A stretch of DNA of 64,000 nt from an uncultured Gammaproteobacteria bacterium (GTDB taxonomy: Bacteria; Pseudomonadota; Gammaproteobacteria; Steroidobacterales; MnTg04). The stretch is from the NCBI GenBank assembly GCA_964568075.1, contig CAZMOM010000002.1, positions 32,398 through 96,397 of the forward strand. Direction: 5' to 3'. Each line of letters starts with the position of its first letter. Position 1 is the first letter of the stretch. Made by a program: the position numbers and the translations under genes. The notes below the pieces were generated by a model. It was given only the letters and a program-made list of their open reading frames with translations. It ran no database searches and was not told where the DNA came from. Shown here one piece after another: positions 17,796-27,245 of the stretch.

Positions 17796-19046
17796 ATGCA
17801 AAAACCGAACGGCACATTCACATTGTTACTCCTCGTCTCGTTTTTGGGGGCCTGCTCCGCTGATCCGGGCGGCAGTCTGCAACTGGAGATACTTGAATCG
17901 CCGGCGCTTGACCACAGCGGGGAACCGCATCTACAGGCCGGGCCAGACGGGAAAATAATCCTCAGCTGGCTTGAAAAAAAAGATCAGAGCGCGACGCTGC
18001 GTTACTCGGTATTCGCTCAGGACGAGTGGGGGAATCCCAGGACCGTGGCAAGCGGCGACAACTGGTTTGTCAACTGGGCTGATTATCCCTCGGTTACAGT
18101 TGTCGGTCCTGAGCTCTGGGCGGCCCACTGGCTGCAAAAAAAACCGGGCGGCACGTACGCCTATGACGTCAAAATCTCATTGTCACGGGATGGAATAAAC
18201 TGGCAGCCATCGATAAGTCCACACGATGACAATACGCCGACCGAGCACGGGTTTGTCAGCATGATTGGCCTGCGGGGAAAATTAGGCGCAGTCTGGCTGG
18301 ATGGCCGATACACCAGCGAAACGCAAAGCCACGAAACGGATCAAGGGTCCGGCGACCAGGACCATGACGGCATGACCTTGCGCTGGGCTGCCATCGGCGG
18401 CGATGGGCGGGTTGTCGAGTCAGTCGAACTTGATTCCCTGACCTGTGATTGCTGTCAGACCGATCTGGTCCAGGTTGGTGGCGGCGCAGCGGTGGTGTAT
18501 CGGGACCGTAGCCGAGATGAAACAAGGGACATCGGCATTATCCGCCTGACCAAAGACGGGTGGAGCGAACCGGCCATAGTTGCAAAAGATGACTGGAAGA
18601 TCGCCGGTTGCCCGGTCAACGGTCCGGCCATTGACAGCAGGCGTGATGAACTGGCGGTCGCCTGGTTTACCGCCGCCAATGATCAAAAGCGGGTCAAAGT
18701 TTCGTTTTCCGAAGATGGCGGGCATCACTTTTCGTCACCTGTCGATATCAGCCGCGGTGATCCCCTGGGAAGGGTAGACGTCAGCTGGGTCACCGATGAT
18801 CTTGTCGTCGTAAGCTGGCTGGAAGAACAGGATGACGGCAAGGCAGCGTTAACAATAAGATTCGTGTCGCGGGATGGAACGGCAGGCGCCGAAGAGACGA
18901 TCGCGGTGACCGGGAGCGAGCGCTCATCAGGTTTCCCGCAAATGCTGGCAACCGGGAATGAGTTGTTTTTTGCCTGGACCGATACCGGCGAGATACCGCG
19001 GGTTCTGACCGCTCGTCTTCCTCTGGCCGGCCTGATTGGCAGGTAG
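17796..19046 (+). CDS. Lipoprotein with BNR/Asp-box (sialidase-like beta-propeller) repeats
   Basis: The likely start ATG 17796 gives the signal MQKPNGTFTLLLLVSFLGAC, which contains a lipobox. Asp-box-like motifs SRDGINW and SEDGGHHF are present. Repeated W/beta-strand patterning is consistent with a propeller. Confidence 0.6.
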   Translation: MQKPNGTFTLLLLVSFLGACSADPGGSLQLEILESPALDHSGEPHLQAGPDGKIILSWLEKKDQSATLRYSVFAQDEWGNPRTVASGDNWFVNWADYPSVTVVGPELWAAHWLQKKPGGTYAYDVKISLSRDGINWQPSISPHDDNTPTEHGFVSMIGLRGKLGAVWLDGRYTSETQSHETDQGSGDQDHDGMTLRWAAIGGDGRVVESVELDSLTCDCCQTDLVQVGGGAAVVYRDRSRDETRDIGIIRLTKDGWSEPAIVAKDDWKIAGCPVNGPAIDSRRDELAVAWFTAANDQKRVKVSFSEDGGHHFSSPVDISRGDPLGRVDVSWVTDDLVVVSWLEEQDDGKAALTIRFVSRDGTAGAEETIAVTGSERSSGFPQMLATGNELFFAWTDTGEIPRVLTARLPLAGLIGR

Positions 19047-19056
19047 ATCCTGCGAC

Positions 19057-20136
19057 ATGACCGGCCACGGATTTCCCCGCGAGACGCCGGACACCGTTTG
19101 CATAGTCAGGCTGTCTGCGATAGGCGATTGTTGTCATGCCCTGCCGGTCATCCGAACGCTTCAGGACGCCTGGCCAGGGACAAACTTCACCTGGATTATT
19201 GGTGGCACCGAGTCCAAATTATTCGGCGGAATCCCTGATATCGAATTCCTGCCTCTAGATAAATCATCAGGTTTCAATGGCTTGAGAGAATTACGTAAAC
19301 AGTTACGTAACCGCCGATTTGATCTTCTTTTGCATATGCATCCGTCCATGCGGGCGAATCTGGCTAGCCTGTTTGTGCGCGTGGACCGCCGACTCGGCTT
19401 TGACAGAAAACGCGCCAGGGACCTGCAATGGTTGTTTTGCAATGAGCAAATCCCAGGGCGCAGCAGGCAGCATGTCATGGATTCGTTTTTCGGGTTTGCC
19501 GAGTCGCTCGGGATAACATCCCGTTCGATGCGCTGGGATATTCCCATTCCGGAACCAGACATCGAGTTTTCAGATCACACGATTCCGGACGACGTTCCGG
19601 CAGTCATCGTATCGCCATGCAGCAGCATGATGCGCGGCCGACAAAAAAATTATCGCAACTGGCTGCCGGATCGATACGCCGAAGTAATCGATCACGCGAA
19701 CGAACGGTGGCAGGCCAGCACTTTTTTGACCGGCGGCAGTTCCATGCAGGAAGAGGCCGTCGCGAACGCCATTATCGCAAAATGCAAAAACCCACCGGTT
19801 AACCTGATGGGCAAAACCACCCTGCTCCAGTTGCTGGCGATACTGAAAAAAGCCAGCGTGCTGGTCTGTCCCGATTCAGGCCCGGGTCACATGGCGACCG
19901 CGGTCGGCACCCCGGTCGTCGGCCTGTTTGCATCGACGAATCCTGCGCGCGCGGCGCCCTATCTGAGTACGGAGTGGCTGGTCAACGAATACCCGACCGC
20001 TTTGTTCGATGCTCATGGATTGTCCGTCGAACAAGCCAAATGGGGGAAACGCATCCACTCGCCTGAGGCCATGCAACTGGTACAGGTTGCCGATGTTTGT
20101 CACCAGCTGGATGCATTGCTCGACAAGTCGCAATAA
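19057..20136 (+). CDS. Glycosyltransferase family 9 (heptosyltransferase-like)
   Basis: The N-terminus ICIVRLSAIGDCCHALPVIRTLQDAWP and the C-terminus CPDSGPGHMATAVGTPVVGLF are typical of GT9. The gene overlaps the end of the upstream gene. Confidence 0.8.
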   Translation: MTGHGFPRETPDTVCIVRLSAIGDCCHALPVIRTLQDAWPGTNFTWIIGGTESKLFGGIPDIEFLPLDKSSGFNGLRELRKQLRNRRFDLLLHMHPSMRANLASLFVRVDRRLGFDRKRARDLQWLFCNEQIPGRSRQHVMDSFFGFAESLGITSRSMRWDIPIPEPDIEFSDHTIPDDVPAVIVSPCSSMMRGRQKNYRNWLPDRYAEVIDHANERWQASTFLTGGSSMQEEAVANAIIAKCKNPPVNLMGKTTLLQLLAILKKASVLVCPDSGPGHMATAVGTPVVGLFASTNPARAAPYLSTEWLVNEYPTALFDAHGLSVEQAKWGKRIHSPEAMQLVQVADVCHQLDALLDKSQ

Positions 20137-20163
20137 GACGTTGCCGGGGCAGCTGCTATCTCT

Positions 20164-21162
20164 TCAGGTTCGGTGATGCGGCAGTCCGACAAACGTGCCG
20201 CCGTTTTGCTCGCAAAGCAGGCGCATCAGTGTCGCGAATCGTATCGTGGTCGTCTGCAGGTGTGTTGGCAGCGTAAGAAGGGCCGGGAATCCGACCGCGT
20301 TGATCCGGACCAACCGCTTTCCATCGCGACCCTCCCGGTTAATCTGGCTTACTAAATTCAGAACCTGATCAATTGATCGGCCGGTAAATTCATCGCCAAA
20401 AACGTAGAGGCTGATTTTTTTGTCTGGCGAATAAAAAGTCTCTATGGCTTTGGTTATTCCTTCGACCGGACTGGAATTACTGAACGCGTTCCAGGTTTTG
20501 AGCCTGTCCATAATCGCTTTGCGCCGCCCGGGTGTATCGGGTATCCATTTTCCTGTGTAGCGGGTGAACATAAACTTACCCATATCGTTCATGACCTGGA
20601 TACCCTTGACCTTGGGATAAATTTCCAGCGTTTCCCGAAATTTCTCCAGCATCAGCGGCCAACTGTAGTTAATCATGCTCCCCGATGTATCGATGATGAA
20701 AATAATGTATTCGCTGTCGACGGGTATCCCGCCGATCAAATTGTCGTTTTCTGATTTCTGATAATCAGCCAGCAATCGCTTCATTTCGGACGTAAGCGAC
20801 TGGCGGGCGGCCGCCAGTTTTCCCTGGATGATATTGATCAACTCCGCGTCCTGACGGGAAGCGGCAAACTCGCCCTGAATTTTCGACATTTCCGCCTGCA
20901 GACGCGCCAGGCGTTGCCTGGCGACTGATAGCTGGTCTTCCCGGGAGATCATTTCCCGATTGAGAATACTGGTCTCGCCCCAGATCTCGTGCAAATCACG
21001 TTGCCGGTCCTCAAGCGCAGCCTGCAGATCGATGGCGGACTGCTCGATCACGACCGGCTCGAAAACCTTGGTCAGCACCAGCATCAGAATAACGGCGCCG
21101 AAACCACAGCAGATGACGTCAAGAAAGGACAGTGTGAGTCCTGTATCGCGCTTTCGCTTCAT
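20164..21162 (-). CDS. ExbD/TolR/MotB-like Asp-TM anchor, coiled coil and periplasmic vWA domain protein (paralogue 2)
   Basis: The N-terminus MKRKRDTGLTLSFLDVICCGFGAVILMLVL is a single TM with an embedded Asp (compare ExbD PFIDV, TolR PLLDV). A heptad-rich segment of about 100 aa follows. The vWA domain has MIDAS-like IIFIIDTSGSM and a later VFGDE. Confidence 0.7.
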   Translation of the reverse strand: MKRKRDTGLTLSFLDVICCGFGAVILMLVLTKVFEPVVIEQSAIDLQAALEDRQRDLHEIWGETSILNREMISREDQLSVARQRLARLQAEMSKIQGEFAASRQDAELINIIQGKLAAARQSLTSEMKRLLADYQKSENDNLIGGIPVDSEYIIFIIDTSGSMINYSWPLMLEKFRETLEIYPKVKGIQVMNDMGKFMFTRYTGKWIPDTPGRRKAIMDRLKTWNAFSNSSPVEGITKAIETFYSPDKKISLYVFGDEFTGRSIDQVLNLVSQINREGRDGKRLVRINAVGFPALLTLPTHLQTTTIRFATLMRLLCEQNGGTFVGLPHHRT

Positions 21163-21174
21163 GTCGCGCCTCCT

Positions 21175-22272
21175 CTACGGCCAGTCCCGGGAGGGGCTCA
21201 GAAAAGACCCCTTGGTGGCCATTGCCAGCTTCCAGTAATCGGACGATGCCGCCGGATCGCCTTCCATCGGAAACAGCACGATGTTGATGGGAATATTCAA
21301 AGGAAGATATCTCACCGCCCTGTCGAATAGTCTCTCTCTTTGTCGTCCTGTGACCGTTCCAGACGCCCTGATGTTCTCACCCTGGGTTGGTAAGCCATCG
21401 ACCAGCAAATAAACATTGTCCGGTTGGGGATGGAGCGATGTAATTACAGCAAACGCTGCGTGCAGGCTGGTGCCTTTCTCCGGGACCAGCCGCCGCAAAT
21501 TCTCGACCGCCCGGTTCAGGTCGCTGCCATCCCCCGCCTCCAGCCAGCGTCCAGCTGTGCCCTCCACCAACGGCGTTGCAGTCGTGTTAAACGCGTATAT
21601 CTGAAACTGGCTGGTTGGCGGAATCTGCGCGGTCAGCCAGTCAACCGTTTTAATCGCCCGTTGCCATTTCCTTGCCGCGAGCTTTTGCTCTGTCCGCATG
21701 TTCCGGCGTCGAATAACATTGACGATCGTTTCATCGAGCATGCTTGCCGACGCGTCAAGCAGAATCAATATGCGGTCGCCCCCCATCTGCATGCCCGTCA
21801 GATATTGCCTGTTTCCTTCGCCGATGAACGAACGCACGCTGTCTCCGCGCTGCTCGCCTTGTTCGACACCGCCTTCCAGTCTTCGGCGTTCCTCCTCGTT
21901 TGCCTGCAGGTCGGCTTTCAGTTTGTTGACGCTCTCTTTACTCGCCAACGTATCCTCATCCAGCCTCGCCAGTTCGACCCGGATTTTTTCCAGGTCCTGT
22001 GCGATCGAGTCGGCAAGACCATCGGTGACTGTTTCTTTCTCGTCCAGAATCGTGACGTTATTCCTGATTTGGACCAGGTATTCCTTACCTTCAAGAACCT
22101 GTTCTTCGAGCCGGGCAATTTCAGAAAGAAGATCGATGTTAGCTTCTTCTGTGCGCCGCTCTGTCGAATGATTGATAATCAGAAAAACAAGAATGACGGC
22201 GCCAAAACCACAGGACATACAATCCAGAAAAGACAAGTTAAAAACATTCATTTGTCGTTTTCTGAGAGCCAT
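21175..22272 (-). CDS. ExbD/TolR/MotB-like Asp-TM anchor, coiled coil and periplasmic vWA domain protein (paralogue 1)
   Basis: The TM segment NLSFLDCMSCGFGAVILVFLI is followed by a long coiled coil. The vWA domain carries ILILLDASASM, GTSLHAAF and YLLVDGLPTQG. ATG 22272 lies 1 nt after the upstream stop; an alternative TTG start is at 22284. Confidence 0.7.
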   Translation of the reverse strand: MALRKRQMNVFNLSFLDCMSCGFGAVILVFLIINHSTERRTEEANIDLLSEIARLEEQVLEGKEYLVQIRNNVTILDEKETVTDGLADSIAQDLEKIRVELARLDEDTLASKESVNKLKADLQANEEERRRLEGGVEQGEQRGDSVRSFIGEGNRQYLTGMQMGGDRILILLDASASMLDETIVNVIRRRNMRTEQKLAARKWQRAIKTVDWLTAQIPPTSQFQIYAFNTTATPLVEGTAGRWLEAGDGSDLNRAVENLRRLVPEKGTSLHAAFAVITSLHPQPDNVYLLVDGLPTQGENIRASGTVTGRQRERLFDRAVRYLPLNIPINIVLFPMEGDPAASSDYWKLAMATKGSFLSPSRDWP

Positions 22273-22273
22273 G

Positions 22274-23617
22274 TTAATCGCCAATACTGATCAGCTGAAC
22301 GGTCTCGCCCGGCGATCCCATGCGTATGACGTCGCCCAGCGCCAGTTCGGCGAACTCAGTGATCTTTCGCCCGTTGACGAACGTTCCATAACTCGAATGG
22401 TCTTCCACTGTCGTTCTTCCTTTCGCGCTTTTTACAGTACAGTGTTTCCGCGAAACGCCATCCAGCACACCGACCAGCTTTACGCCGCGCTCATTTTCGG
22501 GGGGGTCGATACCCAAAACCAGTGGGCCGTCGCTCAGAGAGTAGGCCCTGGCGCGGTAAAGCAAATGACTGGGCTTCGTATTCGACGACATCGCGATCCT
22601 GGCCGGGGACGATCCGCCGGACAACGGCAAACTGCTTAAAAAACCGACTTCGCCATTGCCCGGGCCGCTATTGCAAAGCCCTGGACGCGCAAGCACGCCG
22701 CGTGCCGCCGCGTTTTCATCCAGCCACCGCGATTCCAGCCCGTCTATCAAGCCCAGACTTTCTTTCAGGCCCGGAAATCCTGCCATTCGATGGCTAATCG
22801 CCATCAATCGGCCTTGCCGCGGTCGGACCTGCTGAACGATCTGCGGGTAAACAGCCGAACTTGCCGATAACAGATGATCGACGCCCAATTGCACCGTGTA
22901 GGTCTTGTCGTCTGCTTCAAGATCAATCGACGTGTTGCCACCGGATTCGACATCCGCCAGCCAGCTATCGAGCTTGTTAAACAGCTGTTGCTCCGTTGCC
23001 GCTTTGTGCAAGGGATCGAAGCGTGTCTGGCGGACGAATATATCTGCAACAATATTGGCCCAGTTTTCACGCAGCGCAGACAACCCCGTTTCACAGACGA
23101 CGAATACGCCGGCACGGGAAAGCTGGTCATCACTTTCCAACTCCGTCAATACGATTCGTTGTTGTTGAAGATCGAGATGCAGAGCGGGTAAATCAGGCTC
23201 GAGCGAAATGCCGGCTGCCACCGCCGCATCCACCATGCCCAGCACCGGGATATCCAGATCGGAAGCAATGCCCAGCATCAGCCCCATCTGTTCCTGATTC
23301 CAGGTTCCGGGTACCGCAACGATCAAGCCCGAATCGGGTTTGGCCAGTTGTTGCCAGATGTGCTCAAGATGGGCGTGAGCCAGATCGGCATTGGTTCGAA
23401 ATCGACCGGATGGATTCGACAACGGCTCCTGATTGAGTCCGCTCCAGAAACTGGTGTTTGTCCACAAGGGCTTCAGCCGTGATCTGTCGAACGCTTCCTG
23501 GCCAAGAAAAATATGCGGGCCATCCAGCACGGCACAGGCAGGGCTGCTAACGACTGTACGCTGGCCATCGCTGACCACGAGATCAACATCATTTATTTCC
23601 AGGACGAGATCAGACAA
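22274..23617 (-). CDS. Hsp70/actin-fold-like protein fused to a C-terminal FHA domain
   Basis: The central AVPGTWNQEQMGLMLGIASDLDIPVLGMVDAAVAAGI mirrors the Hsp70 motif ([32 protein letters not shown]). The N-terminal phosphate-1 region looks degenerate (LVLEINDVDLVV). The C-terminus has canonical FHA motifs (GVSRKHC...SSYGTFVNGRKI...GDVIRMG). Confidence 0.65.
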   Translation of the reverse strand: MSDLVLEINDVDLVVSDGQRTVVSSPACAVLDGPHIFLGQEAFDRSRLKPLWTNTSFWSGLNQEPLSNPSGRFRTNADLAHAHLEHIWQQLAKPDSGLIVAVPGTWNQEQMGLMLGIASDLDIPVLGMVDAAVAAGISLEPDLPALHLDLQQQRIVLTELESDDQLSRAGVFVVCETGLSALRENWANIVADIFVRQTRFDPLHKAATEQQLFNKLDSWLADVESGGNTSIDLEADDKTYTVQLGVDHLLSASSAVYPQIVQQVRPRQGRLMAISHRMAGFPGLKESLGLIDGLESRWLDENAAARGVLARPGLCNSGPGNGEVGFLSSLPLSGGSSPARIAMSSNTKPSHLLYRARAYSLSDGPLVLGIDPPENERGVKLVGVLDGVSRKHCTVKSAKGRTTVEDHSSYGTFVNGRKITEFAELALGDVIRMGSPGETVQLISIGD

Positions 23618-23631
23618 CGGCGTCTCCTGCT

Positions 23632-24429
23632 TTAGCGGACCTGTAAATGTCGAATCAGTTGTTCATCGACATAAGTTTGGGAATCCAGAACTAGCCCCTC
23701 TTGCGCCTCCTGCAACTGGTGCAACAAAAACATTACGATGATGCTGATGATCAGTGCGACAAATGTCGAATTGAAAGCGATACCGAGTGCCTGCGTGACC
23801 CCGGTAATGTCTCCGGCGACCGCTTCATTGGCACGGCCCAGGGCCTGACCGATCCCCCTTACCGTGCCGATAAATCCCACAGACGGTATCGCCCACGCCA
23901 GATAGCGCACCATGGACAGTTCGGTATCCATGCGTTCCGATTCCGTATCGCAAACCGCCTTGACCGCTGTGGATACATCCTGGATGCTCTTCGTCGCACG
24001 AAACCGGTGCAGGGCCGTCAACAGGGCTCGCGGTAACAACCGCCTTTGTTGCTCAATATTCATCGCCTGCAAGGGTCTCGCGTATTCCCGCGTGTCCTCC
24101 GGCAGCACGCTGGTTCCTTCACGGACGGAAATCAGTTTTTCCAACAGGAAACTGCGTTCGCGGTTCGTTACGATCGCCTTGTAACCCATCAGCGCGAACG
24201 CCCAGAGCATCAGGATAAAACAGGTTTCCTGTTCAAAGTCCCTGATAATGACGTAAAGGGATCGCTGTGGAACATAGTTTTCATCCTGCTCGAGCAGGAC
24301 AGCTCGTTCCAGAATTACGGCTTCAGCTCTTGGCCGGACCATCGAAACATAGATCGCGTGAACGATAATGACCGCAAGTATCAGGGAAAAGACCTGATAC
24401 AAAAATTCAACTGGATAGCGTCGCTGCAT
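23632..24429 (-). CDS. MotA/TolQ/ExbB family proton channel protein
   Basis: The 265-aa protein has N-terminal TM helices and a cytoplasmic insert. Its C-terminal signature is YLAWAIPSVGFIGTVRGIGQAL...GVTQALGIAFNSTFVALIISIIVMFLLHQL, which matches the MotA_ExbB core pattern. Confidence 0.8.
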   Translation of the reverse strand: MQRRYPVEFLYQVFSLILAVIIVHAIYVSMVRPRAEAVILERAVLLEQDENYVPQRSLYVIIRDFEQETCFILMLWAFALMGYKAIVTNRERSFLLEKLISVREGTSVLPEDTREYARPLQAMNIEQQRRLLPRALLTALHRFRATKSIQDVSTAVKAVCDTESERMDTELSMVRYLAWAIPSVGFIGTVRGIGQALGRANEAVAGDITGVTQALGIAFNSTFVALIISIIVMFLLHQLQEAQEGLVLDSQTYVDEQLIRHLQVR

Positions 24430-24447
24430 AACCTTCCTTTGGAAAAA

Positions 24448-24729
24448 TCAGATATCGACCGGGTATGAGATAGACAGGTCACTGGACACCTTTTCGCTGG
24501 GCACAAAACTGTCCAGATCATCGATGGTTTGCGGCCGTTCCTCGCGTGGTTCTACGACCTGGGCTGCAGCGGCCATATCGTCGGCAGCAACCGCTGGCGC
24601 CGGATCGGCTACTCCCTGCTGCTCAGCGGTCCGGTCGGCGTCTTCTTCCTGAGCAACGAGGGGCCCGGAAAACCAAAAACAAATGGACAAGAGTATTCCC
24701 TGCGCTATGTTTCCTGCGTGCCTGATCAC
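24448..24729 (-). CDS. Small secreted acidic protein (signal peptide)
   Basis: The 93-aa protein has the signal MIRHAGNIAQGILLSICFWFSGPLVAQ followed by an E/D/A/P-rich region. Its placement within the operon is tight (14- and 18-nt gaps). I recognised no domain. Confidence 0.5.
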   Translation of the reverse strand: MIRHAGNIAQGILLSICFWFSGPLVAQEEDADRTAEQQGVADPAPAVAADDMAAAAQVVEPREERPQTIDDLDSFVPSEKVSSDLSISYPVDI

Positions 24730-24743
24730 ATCAGAACCTCCAC

Positions 24744-27245
24744 TTATTCAAGATACCGCGCCAGCCGAAAGCCCAGATCGTCACGCGGGTCCTTGGCGTA
24801 ATCGCGAAAACCGACCCTCAATTCGCTGACACCGCCGGATGTCCAGCTGGACCCGCGAACAACATAATACTCCCCACTGGCCGGGCCTAGCGGATCCGTA
24901 GTAAGTTTTCCGGCCCGCAGAGGGTCTGCCGAGTAATAGTCATGCACCCACTCCGCGACGTTGCCAGCCAAATCAAAAAACCCGGTATCGGTGGCGTCAA
25001 ATGAGCCCGTGGGGGAGGTGGCCGCATATTTATCGTCGTAGCCTTCGATAACCACTGACACCATCATGCGTGCCGAGTTATCTGCGAAATTTCCGGAGCC
25101 ACTGAGCGGAGGCAGATTTTCGCCCCATGGATAGCGATTTTTCACGCCCTGCCTCGTTTGTCGTTGCGCCATGGCCCATTCCGCCTCGGTCGGCAGTCGA
25201 TAACCGGTAGTCATCGGGCTGGCGCCGACCAGCAGGTCATTCTCCGCAACATAGGCTGGCGGCAATCCGTCTTTTTCACTTAACCAGTTACAATATCTCG
25301 CGGCATCCTGCCAACTGATCTGGACAACCGGATGAGTATTTTGGTTCAAACTCGTTTTCTTGACGGCGCCGGAATTATGCTCCCGGCTAAACTTGCGAAA
25401 CTCCGCATTACTGACTTCATGAGTCCCCAGATAAAAAGGCTTCTCCAGTACTACAGGATGCTCGATCTCATTCGAGCGTCGCCCCGGTTGGCGACGCGGC
25501 GTTCCCATATCGATGCGTCCACCTTTGATTAAATTCAGTTTCTGCCCGGCCGCAGTCTCGATCGTCTTCGGAATCGACTCCCAGCGAGCCTGTTCAAGCG
25601 TTTTCAGATGCGCCACAAGCTGTTGCTCAAAGCCGGGCCGCGGCGTTACCCGGGCATGAAACGGCGCAAATCCTGGTTTGGAAAACTCGATCAGATGTGG
25701 CTGCGCGGATAATTTGAGCTGAAGATTGGTTTCGCCGCGATTGACTCCGTCAACTTTCACCGTAGCACCGGCTGGTTCGCTTTTGACTGTGACGAGGCCG
25801 ACCAGCGCCTGCAGGTTAACCAACACGCTGGCGTCCTGATCGGAACGCACTCGCAGATTGCGCGTTGCATTTCGGTGGCCTGCCAATGAAAACGCCAATT
25901 GATATTCGCGGTCGGGCGCCAACGCGATGCTCAATGGTGTTCGGCCCCGGTACTGCCGGTTTACGGTCACGCTCGCCCCGGGCGGGTTACTGCGAACCGA
26001 TACTTTTCCGTCGGCCTTGAGCAGCGTCACGGGCAGAAGCTGATGATTTCCGGCAATGACATCGATATTTTCCTGCCAGGTCTTGAACCCTTTTCTGCTA
26101 ATTTTCAGCTGCCGGCTACCCTGTAGCAATTCAACCGTCAGCGGGGTACTGCCGATTTCCAGATCATCGACAAAAACCCGCGCAACGGACGGCACGGACG
26201 TGAGTTCATAATTTGCCCAGGCGGGCAACATCTCTATTGTCAGGCTCAGTTCGTGTCCTCCGCCTTCCACCTGGATTGTCTGTCGATGATCGAGATAACG
26301 ATCCGCGCGTAACAGCAACTCATGTTCGCCAGATTCAAGATCGATATCGGACAGGGGCGTTACGCCGAGATCCCTGTCGTCCACCCGAACCGAAGAAATA
26401 GCGACCGGCGTACTTTGAATGCGAAAGTAATCCGGTAGCCTGTTGAGCTGAAACAGTACCTCCTGATTGGCTGACCCATCGACCCGGAACGTTTCCCGGA
26501 GCGGATGATATCCCTGCTTTTGTGCCGAAACCCTGGCATCGCCCTGTAACAGCAGGTAACGGCCACCCAATTCAAAACTCAACCATGCGCCGTCAACGTC
26601 AAATTTATCCGGCATCGGTTCGATGACAACGCGCACGGCTGTAGCCGAAAACATAAATGCTGCCAATGCTGCAAGGATCAAAAACCCGGCCACAATCGCC
26701 ATGGGCAACGGACGAAAACGGTCTTTGCGATCGAGCCTTTGCGTGCTCCGCGAAAATGAGCCGGGAACAATTTTCTGCGCGGAGATTTCGGTCGCTGACG
26801 GTTTGGCAGTCACGCTGAGATCGCCTGGAGTATCTGGCGACGTCAGTACCCATGACTTGACGCCATCCGACTCCTCTTCGCCCGGTGGCAAAGTCGAATT
26901 GGTGTCACGGGCCTGAAGATAGAGAATGCCGCCACGCCCGTCGGAGGCGAAATTTAGAATCAGCGGCCCCGCTCGTACGCGGTCACCATTACTCAGCAGG
27001 ACGGAGTCATCGATTTTTCGGCCGTTGACGAAAACACCCGGCGACCCGGACTCGATCTTCAGGGTCACTTTGCCGGCGTCGACGACAAAACTCGCTACCG
27101 GCTGCTGAACGTTGGTTGGCAAACTGCTCACCGGCAAGATCTCGCCGGTTTTGTCCAGAACCAGATAAAGCTCCGACTGGCTCTGTTGCTTATCGCCCGC
27201 TGACCGGTTGGTGTCAGTATGATTGGTCAAATCTTTTCCTCGCAC
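24744..27245 (-). CDS. FHA-like, TM, PEGA repeats and FGE-sulfatase (SUMF1/EgtB/PvdO-type) domain protein
   Basis: The cytoplasmic N-terminus has an FHA-like core (GVFVNGRKIDDSVLLSNGDRVRAGPLIL). A TM (MAIVAGFLILAALAAFMF) follows, then about 5 PEGA-like repeats (for example ARVFVDDLEIGSTPLTVELLQGSRQLKISRKGF). The C-terminus has FGE-type motifs (HPVVQISWQDAARYCNWL, GYRLPTEAEWAMA, GNVAEWVHDYY, VVRGSSW). The start is GTG 27245 or the TTG overlapping the upstream TGA. Confidence 0.8.
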   Translation of the reverse strand: MRGKDLTNHTDTNRSAGDKQQSQSELYLVLDKTGEILPVSSLPTNVQQPVASFVVDAGKVTLKIESGSPGVFVNGRKIDDSVLLSNGDRVRAGPLILNFASDGRGGILYLQARDTNSTLPPGEEESDGVKSWVLTSPDTPGDLSVTAKPSATEISAQKIVPGSFSRSTQRLDRKDRFRPLPMAIVAGFLILAALAAFMFSATAVRVVIEPMPDKFDVDGAWLSFELGGRYLLLQGDARVSAQKQGYHPLRETFRVDGSANQEVLFQLNRLPDYFRIQSTPVAISSVRVDDRDLGVTPLSDIDLESGEHELLLRADRYLDHRQTIQVEGGGHELSLTIEMLPAWANYELTSVPSVARVFVDDLEIGSTPLTVELLQGSRQLKISRKGFKTWQENIDVIAGNHQLLPVTLLKADGKVSVRSNPPGASVTVNRQYRGRTPLSIALAPDREYQLAFSLAGHRNATRNLRVRSDQDASVLVNLQALVGLVTVKSEPAGATVKVDGVNRGETNLQLKLSAQPHLIEFSKPGFAPFHARVTPRPGFEQQLVAHLKTLEQARWESIPKTIETAAGQKLNLIKGGRIDMGTPRRQPGRRSNEIEHPVVLEKPFYLGTHEVSNAEFRKFSREHNSGAVKKTSLNQNTHPVVQISWQDAARYCNWLSEKDGLPPAYVAENDLLVGASPMTTGYRLPTEAEWAMAQRQTRQGVKNRYPWGENLPPLSGSGNFADNSARMMVSVVIEGYDDKYAATSPTGSFDATDTGFFDLAGNVAEWVHDYYSADPLRAGKLTTDPLGPASGEYYVVRGSSWTSGGVSELRVGFRDYAKDPRDDLGFRLARYLE

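Noticed and set aside
16807-20136. Integrase, prophage or integrative-element boundary next to tRNA-Leu
   Set aside because: No tyrosine or serine recombinase motif appears in any frame of the ORF track. I found no duplicate of the tRNA 3' end. Only the synteny break supports an island.
21424-22290. 288-aa plus-strand ORF
   Set aside because: It is antisense to the vWA paralogue, whose TM/coiled-coil/MIDAS architecture is coherent. The ORF itself has no motifs.
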